Shown here one piece after another: positions 41,000 through 53,365 of a DNA stretch of 64,000 bases. Both the position numbers and the translations under genes were made by a program. The notes under the pieces were generated by a model. That model made no database searches. It was not told the origin of the DNA and saw only the letters and a list, made by a program, of their open reading frames with translations. This DNA is from Convolutriloba macropyga. Taxonomy: Eukaryota. The stretch covers positions 40,920,001-40,984,000 of the forward strand of contig NC_134468.1 in the NCBI RefSeq assembly GCF_964194025.1. Reading direction: 5' to 3'. Each line of letters begins with the position of its first letter. Within the stretch, counting starts at the first letter, position 1.

Positions 41000-42198
41000 C
41001 ACACTAAAAAAAGTTCAGGTAATTTTACCTTTACGCAGTTAAGGTAAACCTTTGTTAAGATAAAATTACGGTAACAATTACCTTAACTTTACCTTAACTT
41101 GAGTTAAGATAAAAAATTACCTGAACTGTGTTAAGGTAAAATTACCTTAACTTACCTTAAATTTTTTTTAACTTTCTGCAGTACATAATTGTATATTTTT
41201 AATAAAATTACCAAACGAAATGTTGAAGTTTATTACAAGAGCTTTACAATGATAATTATATGAAGCAATTTGAGCTAATATTTGTTGACCTACACTACAT
41301 CAAATACCAAAAAAAATTTCAGCGAGTGCTCAAAAAAACTCAAAAAAGCAGTAACGCACCAATTTTGCAAAAATTGGCATTTTTATTTTTCACACGCCTT
41401 TGTTCGTGTAAAAACTGCTCACAAACCGATGTCGAGTGGTACCGGTGCATTAAAAAAGGTCCAAAACAGCTTTTTTTAAGGAAACATAAATACTCGATTT
41501 TTCACTTTCAATTGATCCTAGAATGGGTTCGCCAAAACGCACCATTGGTATAGATTTACATATATGGTTGAAAAGTTTCAAAGAAACTAAAGATGCTCAT
41601 GAACAAGCTAAGACTTTTTCCCCAGTCGACTATGTACATAGGGTTTACCTTAATTTTTCAGGTAATTTTACCTGAAAATTTTTTACCTAAACCGGTTCAG
41701 GTAGTTTTGCCTTACTGAACTTTACCTTAACACACGTTAACGCACCTTAATTTTACCTTAAATTCCTTAGTGTTTACCTGAAATTTACCTGAAAAATTAA
41801 GGGGGCACCACCTGAACTTTTACCTTAACATACCTTAACTTACTATAAAAACACCTTAAATTTTTACCTCAATTTTTAAGGTAAATTCACCTTAACTAAT
41901 ATAGTTTACCTTAAAAGTTCAGGTTAAATTTAAGGTATTTTTAAGGTAAATTTCAGGTATTTATTCAGGTACTTTTACCTTAAATTTTAAGGTAATTTTT
42001 GCGCGTTTTTCAGGTAAGTTTAGGTAATTTTACCTTACCTGTTCAGGTGTGTTTTTCAGGTAAATTCAAGATATGTTCAGGTAAAACTTCAGGTGGTGCC
42101 CCCTTAATTTTTCAGGCAATTTTCAGGTAAAGTTGAGGTAAGTTAAGGTAAGTTAAGGTATTTTTTCAGGTAAATTTACCTGAACTTTATTTAGTGTG
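41000..42198. mobile_element. Non-autonomous DNA transposon with CACAC termini and subterminal repeats (CMC/EnSpm-like)
   Basis: TIR CACACTAAAAAAAGTTCAGGTAA / TTACCTGAACTTTATTTAGTGTG flanked by TA on both sides; dozens of TTACCT(T/G)AA motifs in both orientations; unrelated ~450-bp segment at 41181-41637. Confidence 0.8.
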
Positions 42199-43365
42199 TA
42201 AATGGTTGTTGATGCGAAATGAATTTATTAGTAAGCTGTATTTAGTAAGCATGAGTTAATTTGCATATTACTCGCCTAAACCTTCACATTTGCGTTCTCA
42301 TTATTGGAAATGTAAAATTAATCAACATTTTTTAAGCCTTTCATTCCAAATGCTTGTATATTTCAAAATTTATACCGGATACCTAAACGCTAGGTTCCAG
42401 CACCATTTGGGATCATCCTACGGACTCGGGAGGTTAGATATTGTTAAGATCTCCTTTCGGATTGGCACAGTCACTTCATCATTTTGAAACAGGCACTCAG
42501 ACTGGATTCTCAAAGCCTTTCTGCTGAATTGTAAAATCCCAAATTTCTGAAACATTGCACTTCAAGAGTATCTTAAGTTGTTTAAACGCAATTTATCTTC
42601 AGTAAAACAAAATAGAGGCTATTGGGTTAGTGCAGTCTAAACTTCTATCAATGCGCCAAAATTAAGTCTGAGCAGCTCATGGTCATACGTTTGTAGTAAA
42701 TAATTGGCGACTACTATTCTAATATACAGGCTCTTTATACTTGTTCCAGTTTTAACAATTACAACGAAAACATCTTATCTGAGCGGTGACGACTTACTAT
42801 CCCAAAAACAAAAATAGTGCGCAAGTGGAAAAATAAATCACATACAAAAAAACACGCAGTAGACAGGAATTAATTAAAAAACCGCTGTTCACGAGCATAA
42901 TTTTCATGCAGTTAAATACTACTCAAAAGTTTGGACTAGCCAGTGCAAACAGAGACAAAAACAGATTACTGACAACACAAAAAAGCAAAAGGTCCTTAGG
43001 TTGATTCAGTTCTGGTTTGCTCTGCCCTATAGGATATTGAATCTTTTGGGATATTGAAACTTAAACCTATGCGATTTTGAAGCTTTTTGGTTTGTACCCC
43101 CTCGGTATGTTATGCTCCCCAATTACAAAACACTTGTCATTACATGATAAAGTTGTGTAAAAATATGGCACGTTCGTCTGTGGTGCAAATAAAATGCAAC
43201 CAATAGGTTGGCACAAAACCAGAAAAGATCCGGGAATTTCTTAACAGTTTACTGGTAAAATCATGTATAACAGACGTTTAAAAGTTCCCACTTCTTGGTT
43301 TGTAAAGTAGATAATACTTTAAGGGTTGTATTCAATGCTGAAATAAAAAAACCTCTTCTCAGGAC

Positions 43366-43500
43366 AAAATTCGGCTGTAACTTACAATTGGTCTTGTTTG
43401 GTTCAATATCTCGAGTCCTAGAAAAAACTGACACTAATTTTTTTCGATAAATAAAGATATTGAATCAAACAAGATCAGCTGCAAGTTACAGCCAAATTTT
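43366..43500. repeat. Imperfect inverted repeat, 46-bp arms
   Basis: 43366-43411 pairs with 43455-43500 with about 6 mismatches. Confidence 0.75.
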
Positions 43501-44370
43501 ACAGTGAACTTCAGACTAGCTCAGAAGTTGCAATCATTTTTGACAAATTCACTGAGTCCTCATTGCAAATTAGATGAAAATACCAAAAATTGAGTACCAA
43601 TGTTTCCAAAAACTCACACAGTCCGATTAATATCACTACAGAAATTCTGAACAACAAAATCATACATCACAAAAATGTTTTTTTTCTATTTTTCAGTTAA
43701 ATTTCTGTGAGCTCTGAAGTACTTAAATTAATACAAATTCCTCTAAGTTCTACGTAAAAAAACTTTACCTTTGGCATCATTCTTAACTATAAGAATCGCC
43801 ATTGGCATGAAAATTTTTCATATTAGGCGTTTTCAAAAAGTTTTTCAAAACAGGCACCATTGTTGACAAAGTTTGCTTTTGAGATCTCCCAAAGTAAATT
43901 CAATATTAAACAGCTGATAATTTAAGAAATTTTTATTCTTAGCTGCAAACTTTTAGTTTCCATCGTCAGCTGATAAAAACTTTGAGAATTTTCAGACTTG
44001 AGTTTTGTTGTGTTTAGTTGGTGAGAAAAAAAATGTTCTCTAGCAGGCTTAATTTTGTTCAGGCAAAAAATTCGGAGATCTTTAAAAACTAACATTGCAA
44101 CAACCAAAATTAAGCTGGCATCTTGTGATACATAACTAATCTTCATTTCACGCTGCGTTAAGTTAATATCAAATCTGTTGCAGGTATTTTTGTTGGTTTT
44201 CAGTTGGTTGTTTCATCCTTTATAGGCATTACCTCGTGCATTTTGGAACAGATCTACAAAGACACTATTTCTAAAGCGTCAGCACAACCTGGGAGAAAAT
44301 GCAATACACCAGAAGATGCTAACTCTCAAATAAATATCGAAACCTGAATGAAATCGGCATCACGCTGGGT

Positions 44371-45466
44371 TCAAACAGAATGAAAATCTGTTCTTTTTTG
44401 TTGTTCAGTGTAAGGGCAAAATGTGGTCCTATCATTCGTAGTAAATTTCATACTTGACCTTCTGACTACATTAGAAGTTTGGCGTCCCATTGCAGAAGCT
44501 TTCATCTTGATTCTCAGCATAGCGTTCGATTGCAATGCGTTTGTAACTAGTAAACAATCAAAGGGCTGATCAATAAAATTTTTTCACCAAAATTTAATTA
44601 GCCAAACAAGGATTGTCATCACAGAAACAAGGAGAAATCGACACATCGAGATGCGTTCACCGCAAAACAGATGACACGACTAAATGTGCCGTGCATTCTC
44701 TAAGGAAAAGGTTGAACCTTGTCATGCCACTGACCTAGTATCTAAATGAACCTTGGGACACTTAAGCGAGAGCAGAATAAAATTCGACTTAATACTTCTC
44801 TTGCCAAAAATTAACGGAGCTTACAACCAGATTAATTCTCCACCAACAAAGCCTTCCAGATTTCATACCGAAATTGGTGTGTCAATCAGGAACCACAAAT
44901 TTTCCGATTTTGCTTTTTTCGGTTGTCAACACACAAAACAAAAAGCATTACTCGTGGCCAGTGGCATTTAATGTCACATTTTCGGCCTGCAAAACAATTT
45001 TGCTAGATATGGCTAAAAACCTTAAGAGACTAAAGGTCAAACAAATATTCAAACAAAAGTGTAATCTGTTGAATAGGATACCCAAAATAACAGCTCAGAA
45101 AATTATCACCAAGGTTTTGAATATAACCACCAGTTTAATTCCAACTATAATAGTTCGGCTGAGTATATCGTGGCAACAATAGTGAATGACAAATACAATG
45201 CAATCAGTACACGACAATGACAAACAGAAATGAAAATTTGAAAATCTAATCCATTTGGGTAGCGCGTGAAGCATTGTGGGCAACTTTATTGGCAGTGCTG
45301 ATTGTGAACAAATCTACATTGGCTTGTTGGACTGATTGCTTTGGCAACTTTTAACTAAAGGATTTCTCAATTGAACCATTTACAAACCAAGGGTCCGATC
45401 GTACTCCAGCCGGTAGTTAAATTCAGAATGCCTAGAGTCCATTGTCTTACCCAAGGCCTCAACCAT
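44371..45466 (-). pseudogene. Possible decayed single-exon class A GPCR-like gene
   Basis: A mostly single frame with several stops reads ...SALPIKLPTML...SNFHFCLSLSCTDCIVFV...AVILGILFNRL...; a shifted frame gives ERISMCRFLLVSVMTILVWLI. These resemble TM1, TM2 (SLxxxD), TM3 (DRY position) and TM6. Confidence 0.3.
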
Positions 45467-46442
45467 CTTCAAGGTTGAGACCAATTTAGAAAACTAAGAC
45501 CGACATTGGTCAAAGCAACTTCACATTCTCCAATTAATTCCATTAACAATAATTATAATCAATGCCAGTAAACATTAAGGCAGACCAGTTAAGGGCTCCT
45601 TTTACAGCCGTAAAGTATAAAGAGTTAGAACTACTTATTTCTACGCGCGAAGTAGGCTCACCTATATCTCTCAGACTAACCGACTCAGTAAAACACTGAA
45701 GATATATTTCAATTATAACGGTGGTTTTAAAGAATTACACCGGAGTCAGAGATGCGCACATCGTGCAACTACTCTATTAGACTGACTATAGTTATTGGAG
45801 TTCTCTCTATATATAAGAGAATAGTCTCTTCTCAGTCTCTGATTAGATGAATTTATATATCCAGTATTTCTACTGCTACAACATCAGAGCCGCTAAACGT
45901 TTCCATAATTAGTCATTCATGTTTGAGGGCGCAAAACGCAAACAGTGCAATCAACGTTTCATAAAATGTTTTGTCCTGAGCATCATTGAGGGCGAAGGTT
46001 TCCATCAAACCTGCGGGACTGATTAAAATACGAGTTTTCCAAATTGTTCAACAAATCAAATGTTGAAAATTTGACGAATTGTTTGGCTCAATGCTTCATC
46101 TCATCTCTTTAAGAGCTGTTACTGTTAAAAAAGACAAAAGGATCAAAACAGCACTAAATTTTAAAAATCTGAACAAATTGATTGAAGAAATATGAAACAA
46201 CCGCCAAATGTGGCTAAGCTGGTTGATTAAACCTCTCATTCCTTAAAAGATTCGGCCTTTAAAAAAAACTACTTATGTTTCGACAATTGATCTCATATAT
46301 GTCCACATTCAATAAAACCGCCTACAGCCGATTAAACAAATATGCCTACAGTCGATAGGCCTACAGCCGATTAGGCATCTTGAAATTAGCATCTTATAGA
46401 ACGTCTCTTCCATCATTTGTATCTCAATTAACATTTTTCAAC

Positions 46443-46613
46443 TATTCGAGCTAGATAACGTCTAAGACTCGAACTACAGAAAACGGTAAAAGAACAATCT
46501 TTATTCAAGATAACAATACGTATAGTACTCTTTATTTTTCAACAATAAGCTCTTATTAGATCACACGTAACAATCCTCAGTTCGTTCGTACACATAAGAT
46601 ATCTAAAGTAACA
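46443..46613 (-). repeat. 3' LTR (171 bp shared with the 5' LTR)
   Basis: Direct repeat of 56120-56290; abuts TSD TCAAC at 46438-46442. Confidence 0.92.
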
Positions 46614-46815
46614 CTGGCGGCAAAAAAAGCTAGACAGGACCTATTTGGCCTTGCTTTGGCCTTAAAGTTAAACCATTCAATGCGTTTTGTTAGTCTAATA
46701 ATTTTATATCTAAGTCATCTTAGTCTAAATCGGGCTAGTTTAGCTGAAAACCGCTCTCAAACGGTTCGTTGCTCAAGGCACATGTATTAGAATACGGATT
46801 TTGCTTCGTACGGTT

Positions 46816-46888
46816 CGACATGGTTGGGGTTCGAACCACCGGTCTTTAGATTGAGAGTACAGTACTATACTAACTGCGCTATGGTTAC
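46816..46888 (-). ncRNA. tRNA-derived sequence with Pol III A and B boxes (degenerate, not a functional tRNA)
   Basis: A box TAGCGCAGTTAG (46870-46881) and B box GGTTCGAACCC (46827-46837) start 44 nt apart, the tRNA spacing; CT-CTC-AA sits at the anticodon-loop position; acceptor and anticodon stems pair poorly. Confidence 0.6.
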
Positions 46889-46938
46889 TTGTTTAGTTAC
46901 AAATACAATTTAAACTTAAACTCGTTCACATTTCTCGC

Positions 46939-49900
46939 TTAAATTTCTTGCTCGCTTACATTTGTGTTCACAACATCCTCCGGCCTCGAAAGTGGTGTAG
47001 CAAAAACTTGAATTAATTTAACAACGGGTCTGGCATAGTTACCGGGCTTAGTCCTTATTTCGGCGGAACGGGCAAAGCCGTCATCACCAAGGCGAAGTTT
47101 TTCGATACGTCCTAGAGGAAAATGGCCTCGGGGAGATGAGTCTTCGGCAAGTCATACCAGATCTCCTGTTTTTAGCTCATCTGAGGCAGATTTTGACCAT
47201 TTACTGCGGCGATTCAGAGCCGGTACGTACTCATCCAACCATCGTTTCCAAATTGAGTCGACATATTATTGGAAAAGGACGTACCGCTTTCTGTGATAAA
47301 AGTCTTCACTTTCAACTAATGAACCTAGGACGGAGCATACTAGGACGGAACCCGAGAAGGAAATGATTTGGAGTAATTGTGTCCATTTCTGGTGGATCAT
47401 TGCTTACAGAATTGAGCGGCCGGTTGTTGAGTGTCATTTCAGCTAGACAGAATGTTGTTTGAAGCACCTCGTCAGTCAATCGGGGGTTACCGAGAACAGC
47501 GTAGAATGTCCGGTTGACACTCCTTACATGAGTTCCCACGAACCACCATGATGAGGGGAAGATGGAGGGTTAAAAAGCCACTTAATACCTTTCTGTGACA
47601 TTTTGCTTGCAATCGTTCGCTGGTTTAAAGCTTTAAAACAAGCTGACAACTCTTTCTCTGCACCATTAAAAATTGTTCCATGGTCTGACCATAGAACTTG
47701 CGGTGTTCCTATTCGTGCGATGAATATTTCTATCCCCATAACACAAGAGCTGGTCTCCATAGAATTTACTACCTCAATATGGAGAGCTCGATTTGTAAGG
47801 AACGTTAAAAGGAACCCCCAGTGCTTCTCAATTGAACGCTGGACGGCGACATAGAACGGTCCGAAGTAACCTATCCCTGAGATGAAGAAAGGGGGATTAC
47901 CATGGGACAGACGCCCGACTGGTAGATCCGCCATCATTGGCTTCACTGTGTCTGCACTACGCTTCCGACATAAAATACAATTGTGCTTGATTGACGTCAA
48001 AGCGGGACGAAGCCTGATGATAGCAAAACAGCGCTGGATGAAAGCTCGTAAGAATTCAACACCTTCGTGGTGGTGTTCCTGGTGTTCCTTCAAAAGAAAC
48101 ATTTTTACTGCAGAATGGCGGCTATCTAAAATAATGGGGTGTTTGAGGTCATAGTCAGCCTCGACTAAACGTTTCAATCAGCCGGTTGATCTAATCAAGG
48201 CATTTGGGCCAATGAAGGGCGAAAGTGGTGCAATGCGACTCTTCTTGTTAATTTGTTTACCATCAAAAAGAAGTTTTTGTTCAACTGGGAATGATTCCAA
48301 CTGCATGAGAAACTGAAGCTTAGGTTCAGCTACTCGAAGTTCATCAGGATTGCAAATAATGCGGTCTGGTGTACGATATGAAGCATGTTTAGGGAGTATA
48401 CGGAGGAGATAGGCTGAAATTCGAACTAGCTTGCTGAAAGAACTGTACCTATCGAAGTCAAATATTTTTTCAGGTTGCGTTGTATTGACGGCAAACGCCA
48501 CTTCTGGCTCAGTTTCATCCTTTTGTGAATTGTACGTGCATGGTTTTGTTTGAAGGCTAATCCTTGTGCTAATCCTTTGAATCTCTAATCCTTGTGCTGG
48601 GTTGAAAAGGGAAGTGAGAAGTCAACAAAAAGCTTGGCCCTGTTAACCAACTGCTTGCTCGTAGGTTTTCAGCTGACATGCCTCTAGTTCCAGCATCTGC
48701 TGGGCTGTCTGCAATTGACACATGGAACCATTGATCAACTGTTGTTGACACTAGAATTTCAGAAACGCTGTTAGCAGCAAATATAGATTGCTTGTCAAGT
48801 GAACCCAGCCACTGTAGGACAGTGGCGCTATCAGTCCACGTAAAGACTCTGCTCAGAGGAATTGTTAGGGCTTTAGTTATGTCAACTTTCAATGGTGTCG
48901 CCAGGAGGACGGCCTGTAGTTCTAGTTTAGGAACTGTTAAACACTTCATGGGGGCAACCCTCGCTTTTCCAAGAACAAAAGCAATTTCGGTGCGTTCTTG
49001 ACTTTCTGATTTTACTTTGGCCCTGAGAAAGGCAATTGAACTAAAGACATCTTGAGAGCTGTCTCCGAAAACATGAAGCTCCAACTGATCGAAAGCTCCG
49101 GAGAAGAAACCTCTCGGGATACTTAGGTTGCATAATTTAGGCAGATCTGAACTCCAGATCTTGAACCTATTCATCATTTCAATGGGCAATGTGTTATCCC
49201 AGTTTTGGCCACTCAGTCTCCAAATGTCCTTCAACAAAAGTCGAGCAGTAACCGTGAATGGCGCGACCAACCCTATGGGGTCGAAGACTTTTGCTACTAG
49301 GCTGAGGACTAAGCGTTGCGTGACTTTGTTGCTTTCGTCGCACTTCGTGCCTCGACTAACGACTAAGGTATCCTTTCGATGTTCCCATTTTAGACTCAGA
49401 ACATGTGAAGAAGCTTCTTCATCAGAAACTAGAATAACTTTAGGTAGGCAAAATTGATAATTGTTTTCAATTTCATCGAGCAATTGTGGTGTGTTACTAA
49501 TAAATTTTGTTAGCTTGAGTCCTCCTAACTTCAATAACTCAACTAAATTTTTGGTTCTTCTTAGTGTTTCGTGTGGTGTTTCTAGAGAATCCAAATAGTC
49601 GTCCATATAGAACTTATCTACTACTGCTTGTGCAGCATCGGGGAACTTACGAATGTTGTCTTTTGCTGTTTTCTGAAGCGCAAAATTCGCGCAAGTTGGC
49701 AAACCCTTCGAACCGAATATATTTCGGCTATATTGCTATACCATCAATTCTGATGATGGGTCCTCCCGTCACAAAAAGTTGAGGCAGGGCTGGTCGGCAA
49801 GTGGGACGCCCACTTGAAGGAACATACCTTCGATATCGGCGGAGACGGCATACTTATGCTGACTAAAACGGATGAGAGTAAGGATGAGACGCTGGAGTAG

Positions 49901-52439
49901 GTCAGGGCAAGTTAGTAACGATTTGTTTAAGGAATTTCCGTGGAATTGTGCAGCGCCGTTCAATACCCTTCTAATTTTTCCAGGTTTATTTGGTTTATTA
50001 CAGGGTGATGTGGTAAGTACCACTCACGCTTCGATCGTTGACTGAGATCTTTTGGGTTTTCTATCCGAAAAACGTAGCCTTTCTCGACATCATCACTTAT
50101 ATTCTTTGAATATTTAGACCGAAGTTCTTCGTCCTTAGAAAGCCTTTTCTCGAGGGACTTTAGGTGCAAGAGCGCTGAGTAATAGTTGTTTGGTAAGTCG
50201 AGGTCGTCATTAGCCCAAAGCATTCCAACTTGATCTCTTTCACCATCGTGATCGTGCGTCGTCGTTTTCTCTAAGATTTCGACTGCTCTGCGGTCTGCTG
50301 ATGACCTTGAATTGACTTCTTTCATTGCACCGTAAGACTCCAATTCGTACCAGGTTCTTAACTGTTCTACTAAATCTTGTTCTGGCTCAATAATAGCTTT
50401 GAAGCAGGACGAAACGAAATTAGAGCTTGAAGGCAATGGACCACTCAACACCCATCCTATTGGTAGACGGACGGCAACGGGTGTGCCTTTTGATTCACTT
50501 TCAGGATACTTAATCGGGCGGATGGCGTGGTAAACGTCCTGGCCTAGAATCATTTCGATATTCGAATAGCTACACCGAACGGGATCGAGAGCAGTCAAGT
50601 ACGGGTAGGTTTCTTGCAAATGGGGAACGTCCACTATATCAGAACCAAAGTTTAAGTTCTCCCTAGTATATGGACTAGCTTGGCAGCATCTGAGAGATTC
50701 TGAGAATCTATTGCACATCTGAATTGTCCTATCCAGTCGTGCCACAAAAGTGGGTCTATATTGTAATTGGCAAGGTTCGATTTAGGCAAAAGATTCAGAC
50801 GACTAGAATTTATCGCGTCAGCCAAATCTTTCACATTGAATGACTGATTTGTTTGAGGTATTTGTGCTTCGGGGTGAGGCGATAAAGCCTTTGACGGGTA
50901 TATGGGCATCGTTGGTTGATGAGAAAGAGGCGTTGGAGCTTCATGTTTTTGCAAAGGTGCTGACGATGGTTTATTTGGCTGATTTACCATGATAGCTGTT
51001 GAGAAGGGGTTTTGATGATAAAAAGTTGTACCACCACTCGAAAACGATGCCACAGGTTGGATCATATTTGAGTTTGACATTTGTGCATTCACTTGGGAAA
51101 CTGACTGGGCTACAGTATCTAAAGTTGGCGTTTGCCAAAGCTTTAAATTTGGTAAGAGGTGGCTTGCCATTGGATAATAATTTTGACGATGGTTCGGAAT
51201 TGGGTTATGTCTACTGTGAACGTGTGCATTTTGATTCTGAGTGTTCAACGGTTGGCTTAAGACAACATTCGAGTTGCTTGTTTTAGCAACAACATTTTGA
51301 TTGTTTGTGCTCTGATTCGCAAAAATTGGGATGTTTGTGCGTGGACTTAGCATTATATTGTTTTTTATGTGCGCTGCTCGGGTCTGTTGTCGTTCAGAGT
51401 TATTGGCATCATTTGACGTCAGATTCGACGCTCCACCCTGGGCAGAAAGATGGTTAGGTCTAACGGCATTGTCCGAAAAATTAACAGCTACTTGAATGTT
51501 CTCATTGTCTGATTGCGGATTTTCCTCAGGTTACTGCGCGTCATTTTTTCCCAAAGAAAGGAAGTATGATACCCCTCTGAATGTTCGGACGAAGCTATCA
51601 TTAGTATTAGCCAATTGTGAATGATCGTGGAAACCTCCTAATGAAGCTTGCGGGACTTGAGTAATGTCTGTTAGGGATGGACCAATCTGCACGTCATTAT
51701 ATTGCAAACTTTCAATTGGTACATGATGTCTTGATCTGCTAAGGAGTGGATTGATCTCCATCTGTGGAGCACCAATTCCTGGATTAGCAGCTCCTAAATT
51801 TCGTGGTTCTTCTGAAGGCATTGTTTCGATCGCAGCAGGCATTGTATTATTGGGGTTTGTATTGTTTACACAATCAGTTACGCGCTCAACAGTATCGATA
51901 CGGTTTGAGGTCAGTTGCTCGTCAAATTTGTTACCGAGGCTTTCATTCGAGGAATCCATCGCCTCGAGCTCGTCCATTTTGGCTTCAAAAAAACTTTTTC
52001 TGTTTTCTTCGCTTATTGTGTTCAGCTCTAGTTGATGCTTTTGTTGAGCCCGTTTTAAATTATTTTCGCTTTCTTTTTCTACCTCTTCTCGATTGAAATT
52101 TGCTATTAGGCGTTTTTGACTTGATGCCATCGAATTCGTCTTTGTAACTCTACTCGACGTTTTCCTCTGAGTTTTGCTTGTACTTTGGGGTTCTGTTAGT
52201 GACTCTATGTATTGGCGCGCCCTTATCACATACTTATCATGTGTTTTGCTAGCTTCCTTCAAACAGAGTTCCAAGTCCTCGGTGATTTGTGCTTTGTTAG
52301 GGTGTCGGGCGGCTAGCTTCATTAACTGGTCATTTCGTGCAGCGCCTTCAATGGCTTCATCTATGCCTCTGTAAACTTCGTTTACGTTTAGTTAGGCTTT
52401 AGATCTTGCTTCAATCAATTTTGTTACTTGGGCTTCCAT
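46939..52439 (-). pseudogene. BEL/Pao gag-pol polyprotein, disrupted by stops, frameshifts and an internal deletion
   Basis: Gag start MEAQVTKLIEARSKA* at 52439; gag core LPKSNLANYNIDPLLWHDWIGQF; protease C-end ILGQDVY; RT WYLPHHPV, ADIEGMFLQV, FYMDDYLDS; RNase H VFGDSS, ARVAPMK..TVPKLELQA, WTDS; integrase H-H...CILC, GIGYFGPF, WSDHGTIF, SPHHGGSWE; C-terminal SPRGHFPLGRI...RPVVKL. Split over at least 8 ORF fragments. Confidence 0.93.
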
Positions 52440-52688
52440 CCTTGGAACTGTTTTAAAATTGACCTTCTTTTAGAATGAACACTTATCCACTCAACAATTT
52501 TAGAATACAATATTCAACTATGGGAATACAATTTGAGGGTTAACGCTTTCTCGAAGCGATCAGGGACGTAAGCGATGTGTTTCGTTTGTGAGATAATGTT
52601 TTAAGATTAACGAGGAAGGCCGACGAGCTCAATTGAACAGCACCGCCACTAACCAGGAGGAATTCACTACCGAGCTATAGCCTTGCAG

Positions 52689-53318
52689 TTAAGCTAGCCA
52701 CGGCTCGAGAGCGGAATCCTCCAAGAGAGCAGCAACCCTGTTAGCCCGAGCTTTTCGACGTCGCTGGTTCAGTCTCTTCAGACGCGTTTTCTTAATGAGA
52801 CGATTAAGGTCGAAGCTCTAGAATCTTACAATTGTTAGGGACTCGATCTCAAAAGAGAAAGTTGGATGCAATTGTGTGAATTCGTTTACAACTGCTGGGT
52901 CTTTTGCTTTGCGTTTTGAAGGCAAATCTTTCAAGACGTGGACTACAACGAAATCTGTTTGTTTAAGTGCTGCAAAGATATCGGGAGCTCCTTGCCGGGG
53001 GCAGTAGACCAGTGCGCTTATTTTGTTCTTAACAAAATTAAACTCCTTAATCAACCCTTGTGCGGATAATGGGCTATGATTGTTATTGTGATGAGGCGTT
53101 AAACTATTATTTATGGCGTCGTGCCAAATATTAACTTTGTCTGCGTGTGGGTACTCAACGCTTAACTTATACTGCACAGTTTTCTTCTGCTTGAAAGCTT
53201 TGAAGCTCAAGCCAGGCTCGGCAATGGAAGATTTTACGTGACGGGAGTACTGAGGTTCATGCAATTTGCCTATTGTTCGACTGAGGGAGCTAGGACTGAG
53301 GGAGCTAGAACAGAGCAT
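52689..53318 (-). pseudogene. Extra ORF upstream of gag, SGNH/GDSL esterase-like fold with basic C-terminal tail (one in-frame TAG at 52818-52820)
   Basis: Motif order LCSSSL, AEPGLS, IWHDAINNS, QLHP parallels SGNH blocks I, II, III and V. The frame continues past the TAG as SFDLNRLIKKTRLKRLNQRRRKARANR...WLA*. Fold assignment is by motif resemblance only. Confidence 0.55.
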
Positions 53319-53365
53319 TTGCTTTTATTTTCACTGGTCAAAAAGAGTTATTGACGATAACTTTG

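Noticed and set aside
42380-42547. Exon-like segment with AG/GT boundaries on the minus strand
   Set aside because: All three frames contain stops; no recognisable protein.
46816-46888. Functional tRNA-Glu(CTC) gene
   Set aside because: Acceptor and anticodon stems do not pair; only the promoter boxes are intact.
47136-52374. Plus-strand ORFs overlapping gag-pol
   Set aside because: Antisense shadows of the polyprotein frame with no independent motifs.
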